Assembly (NCBI GenBank): GCA_001761425.1
Contig: CP012986.1
Location: 180,001-212,000 of the forward strand
From: Candidatus Saccharimonadota bacterium
GTDB taxonomy: Archaea > Nanohalarchaeota > Nanosalinia > Nanosalinales > Nanosalinaceae
Direction of reading: 5' to 3'
Length of the DNA: 32,000 nt
In this document: positions 1 to 8,279 of the stretch, piece by piece
How positions within the stretch are numbered: the first letter of the stretch is position 1
Layout of the letters: each line of letters opens with the position of its first letter
Made by a program: the position numbers and the translations under genes
The notes under the pieces: model-generated
Databases searched by the model: none
What the model saw: only the letters and a program-made list of their open reading frames with translations
Told to the model about the DNA's origin: nothing

Positions 1-711
1 GTAGAGGTGCAGGGTTCGCTGGATACTGTGCCTGAGGACCTTGGTATCGATGTCCATGATTCGAACGTTAATGAGGACGATATCTACTGGGCTGAGGCCT
101 GTGAGACAGGAGAGGCAGTTCTGGTTAAGGATGGGGATGTCGAGTTTGGTAACGCGCCGCCCGCGAATTTGCTGGCCTATGAACTGTTTTCTGATACAGA
201 TATTACTGTACCGGACGTCGGATACTCTGCTGAGAGAGATGAGGTTTATATAGAAATCCTGGAAGGCTACGATGGGACTGTACAGTCGATAGGCGAGGGA
301 AATCAGAGCGACTTTATGAAATGCGTTGCTGCAAAGGCCTTGATCGGTGATCCGGATCTAATGCATAATATAGGAAAGGTGGAGGATGGCTACGCGTTGA
401 TCGATCCTGATCAGGCTGGTGCACCGATCTTTACTTTTGAGGAGGATGTCTTCGATTACTTGGAGGTTATTAACTCCGGAACCTCCTTCGATATCTCGCG
501 CCAGGATTTCAGAGAAGCTGTGGAGAAGGTCTCTGGAAAAGTAGGTGAAGGCCGTCTTGAGGCCTCTCTGGAAAAACTTGAAGTTTTCAAGGAGAGTATC
601 CCGGCTTACGCTAATTTTGAGCCGGATTTTATACGCGGTAATTTCCGGTCTGCGTCTGAAGGTTTTCAGAAAATTAAGACGGAGGAAAGGCCTCTGGTTC
701 CGAAGAGTTGA
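1..711 (+). CDS. hypothetical acidic protein, 5'-truncated by the window edge; kinase-like catalytic-loop pattern
   Basis: The frame is open from base 1 to the TGA at 709-711, and the listed GTG at 7 is probably internal. Composition is very acidic, like the other genes here. 'IGDPDLMHNIGKVEDGYALIDPD' resembles the GD-x-H-x2-N ... ID-x-G/D catalytic and activation segment of PI3/4-kinase or protein-kinase-like folds. This is pattern recognition only. Confidence 0.5.
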   Translation, partial: VEVQGSLDTVPEDLGIDVHDSNVNEDDIYWAEACETGEAVLVKDGDVEFGNAPPANLLAYELFSDTDITVPDVGYSAERDEVYIEILEGYDGTVQSIGEGNQSDFMKCVAAKALIGDPDLMHNIGKVEDGYALIDPDQAGAPIFTFEEDVFDYLEVINSGTSFDISRQDFREAVEKVSGKVGEGRLEASLEKLEVFKESIPAYANFEPDFIRGNFRSASEGFQKIKTEERPLVPKS

Positions 712-737
712 TATACTTTCTTTGTTAAGAACTGTTT

Positions 738-1220
738 ATGGCTGAAGAGGATCATCCTTTTGCTGATGCTACGGCGCGCAAAACCTCTACAATAGTTACT
801 AAACACAGTATTGCGGTTCCTGAGGATGAACAGAAGTTCAAGAAGTCGGAGAGAGCATGGAACTGGGAAAAGATTGTCGACCTCATCTTCCCTGAGGAAC
901 AGTCGCCTAAGCGGAACAGGTATGCGAAGATCTTTCTCCGTGAATTAAAGGATGAAGGCACTATAAACTCGGAGAAGCTGAATGCGTTCGATGAATGGGG
1001 TCATGAAAAAGGAAAATCAAATCTGAAGAACAATATTTTGCCAAAGCTACGTCGTATAGGAATTATACAGTACGAATATATTGAATATCGAGGCGAGAGA
1101 GAAGGTTCTAAAGGCCGTCGCAAAATTATCAAGCCAGCAAAATCTTTTACTTCGATACTGGACTCTATGGCGAACGGTTGGTCTACATTCGAGTCAGCTG
1201 CGTACCAGAATCATGACTAA
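738..1220 (+). CDS. hypothetical protein, possible winged-helix DNA-binding C-terminus
   Basis: 160-aa ORF starting 27 nt after the previous stop. The basic segment 'ILPKLRRIGIIQYEYIEYRGEREGSKGRRKIIKP' looks like a wHTH wing. I recognise no family. Confidence 0.5.
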   Translation: MAEEDHPFADATARKTSTIVTKHSIAVPEDEQKFKKSERAWNWEKIVDLIFPEEQSPKRNRYAKIFLRELKDEGTINSEKLNAFDEWGHEKGKSNLKNNILPKLRRIGIIQYEYIEYRGEREGSKGRRKIIKPAKSFTSILDSMANGWSTFESAAYQNHD

Positions 1221-1339
1221 GGCCTTTCAAATCCGGTTATTTTGTTTTATCGTTATGAGATAGATATCTCTAAGGCCTCTGGACGCTACAGCTTCTCTTT
1301 CAAATTCTTAGAGGGCTGTGGCTGTAACGAGGTTTGCCT

Positions 1340-1800
1340 TTGCCGAGACTTCAGTTTCCTCTCTGCGGTCTTCCTCTGACTGTGCCTGAAGCTCTGTCTC
1401 GAAGTTGCGTGTGTTGGCGTTCATTGTGGTGTTTTACCTCTATGTTTTCGTGTTTTGATCGTCGGGTTGACGCATCCGGGAAGTTTGTATAGGGTCGGAG
1501 GCAGGTTCCACCTTGCAAGCAGAACCTGCCCTGTTGGCCTAGTTCCGTCAAGAGCATAACATGCTCCCTTAACCTCTGTGTCCCATAGAGGCAGAGGAAC
1601 CGGTACCAATCAAATAACCTTGGTATTCACGGTCGGTCGTTGGCCCGTCATTCAGGCCAAGACTTCATCCCGCTTTACTCTGCCAGGAAATAATTAATAA
1701 TGGAGAATGTAGCCTTGGCCTGGTTATGAGTGGGTCTCACCAGATCCATTGACATACACATGTTTCCAGCGGACCATGTAGTATTAACCAAGGCCATTTT
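1340..1800. ncRNA. candidate structured non-coding RNA, class and strand unresolved
   Basis: The 620-nt gap between CDSs has stops in all frames. The only ORFs (1351..1557 and 1421..1609, minus) encode Arg-rich, non-acidic peptides unlike this proteome. The region is packed with helices:
- 1345-1354 with 1386-1400
- a 9-bp stem, 1500-1508 with 1522-1530
- 1552-1557 with 1561-1566
- 1590-1596 with 1678-1684, enclosing hairpins 1604-1609/1620-1625 and 1640-1645/1655-1660
- 1712-1718 with 1788-1794, enclosing hairpins 1720-1743 and 1758-1779

Local G+C appears higher than the surroundings, and there is no AGGCCT copy between 1321 and 1920. Confidence 0.4.
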
Positions 1801-1842
1801 CGACAAATTGTAATAGCCAGCCCACGTTTAAAAGTCTTCCCT

Positions 1843-2595
1843 TCAATCAAGGTGAGGCTCGAAAATATCTGCTCTCAACCGGTTATGCGTGCGCTCAAGA
1901 AGATCTCTGAGATTCACGGTATCATACTGGTTGTACTCGACCAGTTTACGTAAGGCCTCTTCATCTCCTTCTTTCTCATATTTTTTCCACAGCCTGATAG
2001 CCTCTCGTCCATCAAGATCTTCCAGCTCTCTTTCAATGTTCATCTCTTTCTCGATCTTTTTCAGGCCTCCGCTGTAGCCGAGTCGCCTACATGTATACAT
2101 CAGATCGAGGTGAGGGTTCTCTATCTGCATATTGAAGCTTTTCTCCAGGAATGGCTGATCGAAACGTTTCCCGTTGAACGATACAATCACGGATGACTGG
2201 AAAAACTCTTCTTTCAAATTCTCTCGTGTCAGATCCTGACCCCGGATCAGCGTCTTGGTCTCGTCTCCTCTGTGGATGCTGACGGTGGTAACCTTGTTTC
2301 TTTCCGGTTCAAGGCCTGTGGTCTCAATATCGAAGAAAGCTACGTTTTCCTCAAAATTTCTGTAGGTTCTCCAGAGTTCCTTGTTAGGAAATTTCTGCTT
2401 GAAGAAGGCCTCGTTGTTCACTTCCAGGTTTTTCCTGGCTTTCTGTATGAAGTTAAGCAGTTTCTCTTTTTTGGCGTCGCTGAGATCTGATGTGTCTTCG
2501 ACATGGTCCCAGTGGGTGATTCCTTTCTTCCAGTACTTTTTTTCTGTCTTTTCGCCTATACCAGAGACCGGGATGAAACTGTTCTCTATACGCAT
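1843..2595 (-). CDS. DEDDy 3'-5' exonuclease, RNase H-like fold (YprB/COG3359-like) with N-terminal HhH-like segment
   Basis: 250-aa ORF. It carries Exo I 'FFDIETTGL', Exo II 'SFNGKRFDQPFLEK' and Exo III 'YNQYDTVNL'. The N-terminus 'IPVSGIGEKTEKKYWKKGI' is HhH-like. Confidence 0.75.
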   Translation of the reverse strand: MRIENSFIPVSGIGEKTEKKYWKKGITHWDHVEDTSDLSDAKKEKLLNFIQKARKNLEVNNEAFFKQKFPNKELWRTYRNFEENVAFFDIETTGLEPERNKVTTVSIHRGDETKTLIRGQDLTRENLKEEFFQSSVIVSFNGKRFDQPFLEKSFNMQIENPHLDLMYTCRRLGYSGGLKKIEKEMNIERELEDLDGREAIRLWKKYEKEGDEEALRKLVEYNQYDTVNLRDLLERTHNRLRADIFEPHLD

Positions 2596-2646
2596 TTTTG
2601 TAAAAAAGAATAGAAGGAGAATAGGTTATAAATCAAACCTCCCAAC

Positions 2647-2844
2647 TTACTGGGAAGTTCTGACGTCGTCCGCCTGAACCGTCTTACGACCAGCGTGTTC
2701 TGCGTACTGCTTAGCTTCTCTTGCTCTGTCTTCTGCGTGAGCTTCTAGCTCATCTCTGAGCTCCTCTACAGCATCTTCAGAGACTCTTGCTGCGCCGGCC
2801 TGCTTGATGATTCTCTTGACGGGTGCGAGTGGTAGTTCTGCCAT
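2647..2844 (-). CDS. archaeal histone (HMf-type histone fold)
   Basis: 65 aa. 'MAELPLAPVKRIIKQAGAARVSEDAVEEL...AEHAGRKTVQADDV' matches the canonical archaeal histone pattern (ELP-AP--RIIK-AGA-RVS ... HAGRKT----D). Confidence 0.9.
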   Translation of the reverse strand: MAELPLAPVKRIIKQAGAARVSEDAVEELRDELEAHAEDRAREAKQYAEHAGRKTVQADDVRTSQ

Positions 2845-2850
2845 TATTTG

Positions 2851-2858
2851 TCACCTCC
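2851..2858 (-). promoter_or_regulatory. Shine-Dalgarno-like GGAGGTGA upstream of the histone gene
   Basis: The reverse complement of tcacctcc (2851-2858) is GGAGGTGA. It lies 6 nt upstream of the histone ATG at 2842-2844. Most other genes here lack such a site and look leaderless. Confidence 0.45.
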
Positions 2859-3084
2859 GTAATTGAAAGGCTCTAATGCCTATTACTTAATTCTTTGAAC
2901 TCCTATAAAAACGTTTGCCATAATTCAGGCCTCAAAACGGATAAAGGCCTTCTAAAATCGTTCCGTTTTTGTTTGCTGGATTGGAAAGGCCCTTTTATCA
3001 TCTCAGGTCCTTGGTTGATTATTATTCTCCTCAACAATGATACAGGAAAACCCATTGCCTGACTAATCCAGTAAACAGGTATTT

Positions 3085-3743
3085 TTAACCCAGTTCCTTG
3101 AACTTTACATCGATCTCATCTCCTGTCTCAAGGATACCATATCTACCATCTGCGACAGCTCCAGGATTCACGACTTCTGTACCTCCGATGCTGTCTCTGC
3201 CAAACGACTTGTGAATATGCCCGGTCAAAACCAGGTCAAAGGCCTTTTCCTCCACAAGATTTTTTACCTTCTCACTGCCGACATGCTCTCCATCAACGAT
3301 ATCCAGATTCGAGTTCTTCGGAGGTTGATGGATAACCCTACCTTCGTATCGGACTTCATCCTGTCATGAAGCGCGTCCAGGTTTTCATAGATTTCCTGTC
3401 CAGAAGGCTCAAACGGTGTTCCGAAAGGCGTCTGCCCTCCTCCGAATCCTACGACGTCGAAGGCCTCGAATGAACTGATCTTTTTGTGTATGTTCATCCT
3501 GTGATCAATCAAAGCCTGTACACATTCCTCTTCACGGTCCATGTTTCCGGGAACGGCTTTCGACATTTTTCCAGAGTCTTCAAAGGCCTCAAGTACTTCA
3601 TACAGTTTTTCCCCGTACTGGCTGTACTCGTTCGCATCGCTCAGGTCTCCAGCGCAGACAACTGCGTCGTATTCCTCTTTTTCAATTATTTTCTCCAGTT
3701 TTTCAGTCTCTCCGTGGATGTCTGTAAGAAGTAGGACTTTCAT
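3085..3743 (-). pseudogene. metallophosphoesterase (calcineurin-like, YfcE/MJ0936-type) interrupted by a 1-nt frameshift near 3335-3345
   Basis: The N-terminal part (listed ORF 3264..3743) has 'LLLTDIHG', 'CAGDL' and 'VPGNMD', then runs into out-of-family sequence 'LSINLRRTRIWISLMESMSAVRR*'. My translation of the adjacent frame from about 3337 down to the TAA at 3085-3087 gives 'VIHQPPKNSNLDIVDGEHVGSEKVKNLVEEKAFDLVLTGHIHKSFGRDSIGGTEVVNPGAVADGRYGILETGDEIDVKFKELG'. That is the expected C-terminal half, including GHIH and NPG. Confidence 0.75.
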
Positions 3744-3814
3744 ATTTAGTCAGAAAGACCTGGCGGGTTAAAACACCTTGGATTACTTAACTCTCAAGCA
3801 CTTTCTACTTCAAC

Positions 3815-6223
3815 ATGGAAAGGAAGGCCCAGGTAGTAGACGCCGATTACGAAACAGAAGGCGGAGAAGTCACAGTCAGGGCCTTCTGCAAGACAGAAGA
3901 GGGAAAAGATCTTCTCGTAAAAGATGAAAACTTCAAACCGTATTTCTATGCAGTACCGGAACGAGATGTAGAGGCCTTGAGGGAAAAAGTCGAGGAGGAA
4001 AGGCCTTTTAGGGAGGAAGGAGGTGGAGAGGAACTACAGATTCTCGAAGTTGAGGAAAAAGAGCTTATCGACGGTAACGAAGAGGTTCAGGTCCTGAAAG
4101 TTTCAACTTCTGTGCCTGCTAACGTACCAAAGCTGAAGAACAGGCTCTGGGATCTGGAGGAAACAGAAGAATGCAGAGAGTTCGACATACCTTTCTACCG
4201 CCGTTACATGGTTGATAAAGGCCTCAGGCCTAACAAGTGGTACAGCTTCTCGGGAGACAGCTTTAAGGCACGAGGTATAGATGAAGGCCTCAAGGTAGAG
4301 AGTATAGAGGAAAGGGAGCAGGGAAGCTTTGAGTGGGATATGCTGGCCTTTGATCTAGAAGTCTATGAGGACGAGGTTATCATGGCCTCGCTGTACGGAA
4401 AAGAGTACGAGAAACTACTTACTACAGCGGAGATTGAGGAGGAGTATGTCGAGACAGTAGATTCTGAGAAGGAGCTGATACAGCGTTTCGTCGAGATAAT
4501 AGAGGAGAGAAACACAGATGTTTTAACAGGCTATAATACTGACGAGTACGATTTCACCGTTTTGAGGGAAAGGTCTAACGAGTACGGTATCGAGCTTTCC
4601 CTGGGAAGGGACGGCGAGAGGATGAAGTTCAACCGTAGAGGCCGTTTCAAAGGCGCCCGGTTGAAGGGCCGGATGCATCTTGATCTTTATCCTTTCATCC
4701 AACACGTTCTCGCACCGGGTATTGATTCCGAGACGCTGGACCTGGATTCTATAGCGGAGGAGATGCTTGGCAGGAACAAGGACGAGATGAGTTGGGAAGA
4801 GATGAAGAAAAGCTGGGAGAACAGGGAAGGCCTTGCAGAGTTCGCCCGGTACGCCCTCAAGGACTCGGAACTTACCTTCGAACTCGCTGAAGAGATAGTC
4901 CCACAGATCACAGAGCTTTCCAGGATAACAGGCCTCATCCCGTTCGATACCTGTCGGTTGACCTACGGACAGTTAACAGAGAATTTCCTCATCAGGGAGG
5001 CACATCTGAGAGATATGCTGGTTGAGAACAGGCCTTCACAGGACTCGAGGAGAAAAAGGCAGAGACAGGGTGCTTACTCCGGAGGTTTCGTCTATACACC
5101 TGACGAAGGCCTTTACGAAGATATTGTGACCCTGGACTTCCGTTCTCTCTATCCTACGGTCATGGTGGCGCATAATTTATCTCCTGACACGCTTAACATC
5201 GAGGAATGCGAGGAGGAGTTTGAGATAGAGAAGTTTGATTACAGTTTCTGTCAGGACGGGCAGGGTTTTTTCCCTGAACTGATCGAGAACCTTGTACAGG
5301 ATCGCTACGAGATAAAATCCGAGATGAGAGAGGAGGAGAAAGATTCTGCGGAGTACAAGGCCTTGGACAATGAACAGCAGGCGAAAAAGATTCTTGCGAA
5401 CTCTTTCTACGGTTACCTCGGCTATAACGGCGCCCGCTGGTATTCGAGAGAAGCAGCCGAAGCAACAACGTATATGGGCCGTGAGTACATCGAGGAGACA
5501 ATCGAGATGGCGGAGGAGGACGGCTACGAGATCGTATATGGGGATACGGACTCAGTTTTCCTCAAAAAAGATAATATCAAGCAAGATATTGACGGTTTCC
5601 TGGAAAAAGTAAACTCCGAGCTTCCGAAGTTTATGGAGCTGGAGTTTGAAGGCTTTTTCAAGCGAGGCTTCTTCACATCGAAGGATTCAGGTGAAGGAGC
5701 GAAAAAGAAGTACGCTCTGATTGATGAAGAAGGCAAGATGAAGATAACAGGTTTTGAACAGGTTCGCAGAGACTGGAGTCCTATAGCGAAGAGGACACAG
5801 AAAGAAGTTTTGAGAAAAGTTCTGGAGAACAAAGTTGATAGGGCCTTTGAGGTTGCTAAAGATAATGTTGAGGCCTTGAAAGATGGTGAGGTTCCTATCG
5901 AGGAGCTGAAAATTTATACTACTCTGACGAAGCCTCCTGAGGAGTATGATTCGACTTCTCCGCATGTAGAGGCGGCGAAGAAGGCCAAGAAGAGGGGGAA
6001 GGAGATCCCTGAGGAATCGACTATTACTTATGTGATAACTTCTGCGGGCGGTTCTATATCAGATCAGGCAGAGATTCTGGAGTACGCTGAAAGCTACGAT
6101 GCCGATTACTATATCGAGAACCAGGTTATTCCTGCTGTCCTCAGGGTTCTGAAGGTCTTCGGCTACACTGAGGGCCAGCTGAAGGGCAAGGGTAGACAAA
6201 GTGGTTTAGGCCGTTTTCAGTGA
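3815..6223 (+). CDS. polB: DNA polymerase, family B
   Basis: 802 aa. Exonuclease motifs are 'FDLEV' and 'GYNTDEYDF'. Polymerase motifs are 'DFRSLYPTVMVAHNLSPDT', 'KILANSFYGYLGY' and 'YGDTDSVF'. No intein-sized insertion is present. Confidence 0.95.
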   Translation: MERKAQVVDADYETEGGEVTVRAFCKTEEGKDLLVKDENFKPYFYAVPERDVEALREKVEEERPFREEGGGEELQILEVEEKELIDGNEEVQVLKVSTSVPANVPKLKNRLWDLEETEECREFDIPFYRRYMVDKGLRPNKWYSFSGDSFKARGIDEGLKVESIEEREQGSFEWDMLAFDLEVYEDEVIMASLYGKEYEKLLTTAEIEEEYVETVDSEKELIQRFVEIIEERNTDVLTGYNTDEYDFTVLRERSNEYGIELSLGRDGERMKFNRRGRFKGARLKGRMHLDLYPFIQHVLAPGIDSETLDLDSIAEEMLGRNKDEMSWEEMKKSWENREGLAEFARYALKDSELTFELAEEIVPQITELSRITGLIPFDTCRLTYGQLTENFLIREAHLRDMLVENRPSQDSRRKRQRQGAYSGGFVYTPDEGLYEDIVTLDFRSLYPTVMVAHNLSPDTLNIEECEEEFEIEKFDYSFCQDGQGFFPELIENLVQDRYEIKSEMREEEKDSAEYKALDNEQQAKKILANSFYGYLGYNGARWYSREAAEATTYMGREYIEETIEMAEEDGYEIVYGDTDSVFLKKDNIKQDIDGFLEKVNSELPKFMELEFEGFFKRGFFTSKDSGEGAKKKYALIDEEGKMKITGFEQVRRDWSPIAKRTQKEVLRKVLENKVDRAFEVAKDNVEALKDGEVPIEELKIYTTLTKPPEEYDSTSPHVEAAKKAKKRGKEIPEESTITYVITSAGGSISDQAEILEYAESYDADYYIENQVIPAVLRVLKVFGYTEGQLKGKGRQSGLGRFQ

Positions 6224-6258
6224 CTTAATTTTTAACTCCGCCGTGATATTACTGTTTC

Positions 6259-7521
6259 ATGGTTCTCGGATTCTCAGGCCTCGGGGCTAATGCGGTGATA
6301 GGCCTCTTATCCATAATTTTTCTGGTCTATGCTGCTGATGTTGTAGTTGAGAAGATGCAGGCGGTTGCCAAGGCCTATGGTATCTCCGAGGTCTTTATCG
6401 CCATGACTATTGTTTCTTTGGGTACTTCTCTGCCTGAGATACTTCTGCATATCGTTGCCTCGTTCAAGATTCTTCTTAGTTCAGGGCCTCTCCTGGAGCT
6501 TCTGAACATGGATATAACGTCTTTTCTTCTGGAGTCGCATACAGAAGCGATACGCCAGCTGATAGAGACTGGAGCAAGCCTTTCCCCATCTGAATCTGTC
6601 TATATGCAGCAGTCAGGGACTGTCCTCGGTGCCAGCATAGGAAGCGATGTAGTGCAGGAAACACTGGTCATAGGCCTTGTGATAATATCTTCTGCGGTCC
6701 TAGCAGGCAGGAAAGGCTTCAGATTCACCAGAAAATTCCTGATAAGGGATTATGCGCCGATGGTCGGCACTACTTTCATCCTGATGTTCCTCGCATTAAA
6801 CTGGAAAGGCCTGCTTACGTTCCTCACAGGAGGCTCACTGAATGTGTCCGGTACGCTAACAAGACTTGACGGCCTGATACTCGTAGCCCTGTTTTTGGCT
6901 TACATGTACTACCAGTACACAACTAGAGACGAAAAGCTGGCTCAACAGGGGGATATGAAGCCGTCGAAAAGGCCTTTAATCGATCTATCAGTAGGCCTCG
7001 GCATGATGCTGCTTTTGATAGGTTCTGCAGATATATTCCTGAGAGTGGTCGAGGTCGCAATAGCTGAGACAGGTCTTTCAGGATCCATGATAGGTGTCGC
7101 AACAGTAGGGGTCGTCTCTGCGTTCCCTGAGATGATAACAGCTATCACAGGTCTCAGGCAGGGAAGTGAAGGTCTTTCACTAGGTACTTTGATAGGAAGC
7201 AATATCACAAATCCGTTGCTTGCGATAGGTTCTGGAGCGGTTATCTCGACTTATGCTGTTCCAAGGCCTCTTGTACTGTGGGATCTTCCTATGGAAATCC
7301 TTTTTGCTGGATTGCCTGTCGTTTACATGTTTTTCAAGGAGGATATAGGGAGAATTCTTGCGAAACCGGCCAGAAAAGCTGGGATGACGGCTACTGCGGA
7401 GAAGCTTGAAGGGATGGAGAACAAGGTTCTTTCCGTAGCAGGAGCAGTGTTTTTGATTCTGCTCTACTTCATGTATCTTTACGTGAGATTCACTTATTTC
7501 CAGTACGATTTCGTAAACTAG
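6259..7521 (+). CDS. Ca2+/cation antiporter (CaCA, Na+/Ca2+ exchanger-like) membrane protein
   Basis: 420 aa and polytopic. It has two alpha-repeat signatures, 'SLGTSLPEILLH' and 'VSAFPEMITAITG...GSNITNPLL'. Confidence 0.8.
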   Translation: MVLGFSGLGANAVIGLLSIIFLVYAADVVVEKMQAVAKAYGISEVFIAMTIVSLGTSLPEILLHIVASFKILLSSGPLLELLNMDITSFLLESHTEAIRQLIETGASLSPSESVYMQQSGTVLGASIGSDVVQETLVIGLVIISSAVLAGRKGFRFTRKFLIRDYAPMVGTTFILMFLALNWKGLLTFLTGGSLNVSGTLTRLDGLILVALFLAYMYYQYTTRDEKLAQQGDMKPSKRPLIDLSVGLGMMLLLIGSADIFLRVVEVAIAETGLSGSMIGVATVGVVSAFPEMITAITGLRQGSEGLSLGTLIGSNITNPLLAIGSGAVISTYAVPRPLVLWDLPMEILFAGLPVVYMFFKEDIGRILAKPARKAGMTATAEKLEGMENKVLSVAGAVFLILLYFMYLYVRFTYFQYDFVN

Positions 7522-7619
7522 GAAAAGAATCTACAGAAGAAAAAGTTGAAGACGGCAGCAGGCCTCGCCATACCTACAGCAATGTCTAGGCCTTACAGTA
7601 CAGGTTTTTTACCAGTGTT

Positions 7620-8279
7620 CTATTTGAAGACTTCTCCGGTCTCCATTGACCATAGGACAAAGTCAAGTTCCTCCAGAGGGATATCTATTTTCCCGGAGAA
7701 CTCTCTGAGTTTTTCCTCGTACTCCATGTACTCTTTTCTTCCGTCTGGAAAATCAGGTTCTTTCAGGAGGCCTAATTGATGCATCTTGCGGATTATATGT
7801 CCAGAGATGATTGCGAAGTCCTTGCCTCTGCCTACGTTACGCAGGAAATGGGACGCTCCTTTCCAGGAGAGGCCTTTAATGTTTTCCACCAGCCATTCCC
7901 GGGATTTCTCTGGTTCTTTTCCCCATATCTGTCTTTTGAGCTTCAGGCCTTTCTCAGGCTTATCAAGAGTTGGCTGCATCAGGAAACTGCGGTTTTCAAC
8001 GATGTAGCTGGCCTTGTCCTCGCTGTACCTGATGTCTTCGCCCTCTAGAATATCTCTGATCTCTTCTCTGCTTCCCTCGATGAGAAGATTTTTTCTATCC
8101 AGTTTTTCTGTTGCTTTCCATGCCTTCTCTGCCTCTGTCTGGGATGTGAGGATGACGAAGGCAAGTTCCTGGAAAATTCTTTCTTCACTTGCCTGTTCAA
8201 GGCCTCTGAACTCTCTGATTCTTTCTTTTATCTCGTCTTCTTTCTCTCTGTACTGGTTCTGGATTTTTCTAGTTTCCAT
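7620..8279 (-). CDS. ogg: HhH-GPD glycosylase, archaeal Ogg2-like (8-oxoguanine DNA glycosylase/AP lyase family)
   Basis: 219 aa. 'ELAFVILTSQTEAEKAWK' and 'GLSWKGASHFLRNVG' match the COG1059/Ogg2 pattern, including the catalytic-Lys context. The downstream '..IISGHII..' replaces the expected '..D-x-H..' (see findings). The gene overlaps the upstream gene by 11 nt. Confidence 0.75.
   Translation of the reverse strand: METRKIQNQYREKEDEIKERIREFRGLEQASEERIFQELAFVILTSQTEAEKAWKATEKLDRKNLLIEGSREEIRDILEGEDIRYSEDKASYIVENRSFLMQPTLDKPEKGLKLKRQIWGKEPEKSREWLVENIKGLSWKGASHFLRNVGRGKDFAIISGHIIRKMHQLGLLKEPDFPDGRKEYMEYEEKLREFSGKIDIPLEELDFVLWSMETGEVFK

Noticed and set aside
1351-1609. Two minus-strand ORFs (1351..1557, 68 aa; 1421..1609, 62 aa) in the large non-coding gap.
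   Set aside because: They are Arg/Cys/Gln-rich and basic, with no acidic bias, unlike every credible protein here. They overlap each other and coincide with strong RNA helices. I treat them as chance ORFs within a structured RNA region.
1340-1800. A specific call as SRP (7S) RNA or RNase P RNA.
   Set aside because: - SRP: there are no GNAR-capped helix 6/8 hairpins. The 1500-1530 stem is a perfect 9-bp helix without the conserved internal loops, and I found no convincing long helix 5.
- RNase P: the universal CR-I GAGGAAAGUCC is absent on the strand that carries the CCAUAG-GGCAG-like segment. The GAGGAAAC on the other strand lies too close to the neighbouring gene.

I therefore left the region unclassified.
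2927-2975. Inverted repeat AAAACGGA ... TCCGTTTT (about 2932-2971), together with two AGGCCT copies, as a possible small RNA in the 240-nt histone-phosphoesterase spacer.
   Set aside because: It is more simply explained as the terminator of the phosphoesterase gene plus the histone promoter and 5' UTR. The region is too short and AT-rich to argue for an independent RNA from sequence alone.
3330-3345. Programmed ribosomal frameshift in the phosphoesterase gene.
   Set aside because: There is no slippery heptamer, homopolymer run or obvious downstream stimulatory structure at the frame switch. A mutation or sequencing indel is more parsimonious.
3815-6223. Many 60-115-aa antisense or out-of-frame ORFs inside polB. 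Similar ORFs occur inside cdc48, lpdA, E2, acd, the oxidase and others.
   Set aside because: All are nested in long ORFs with unambiguous family motifs. Their translations are Ser/Arg/Leu-rich low complexity, typical of shadow frames.
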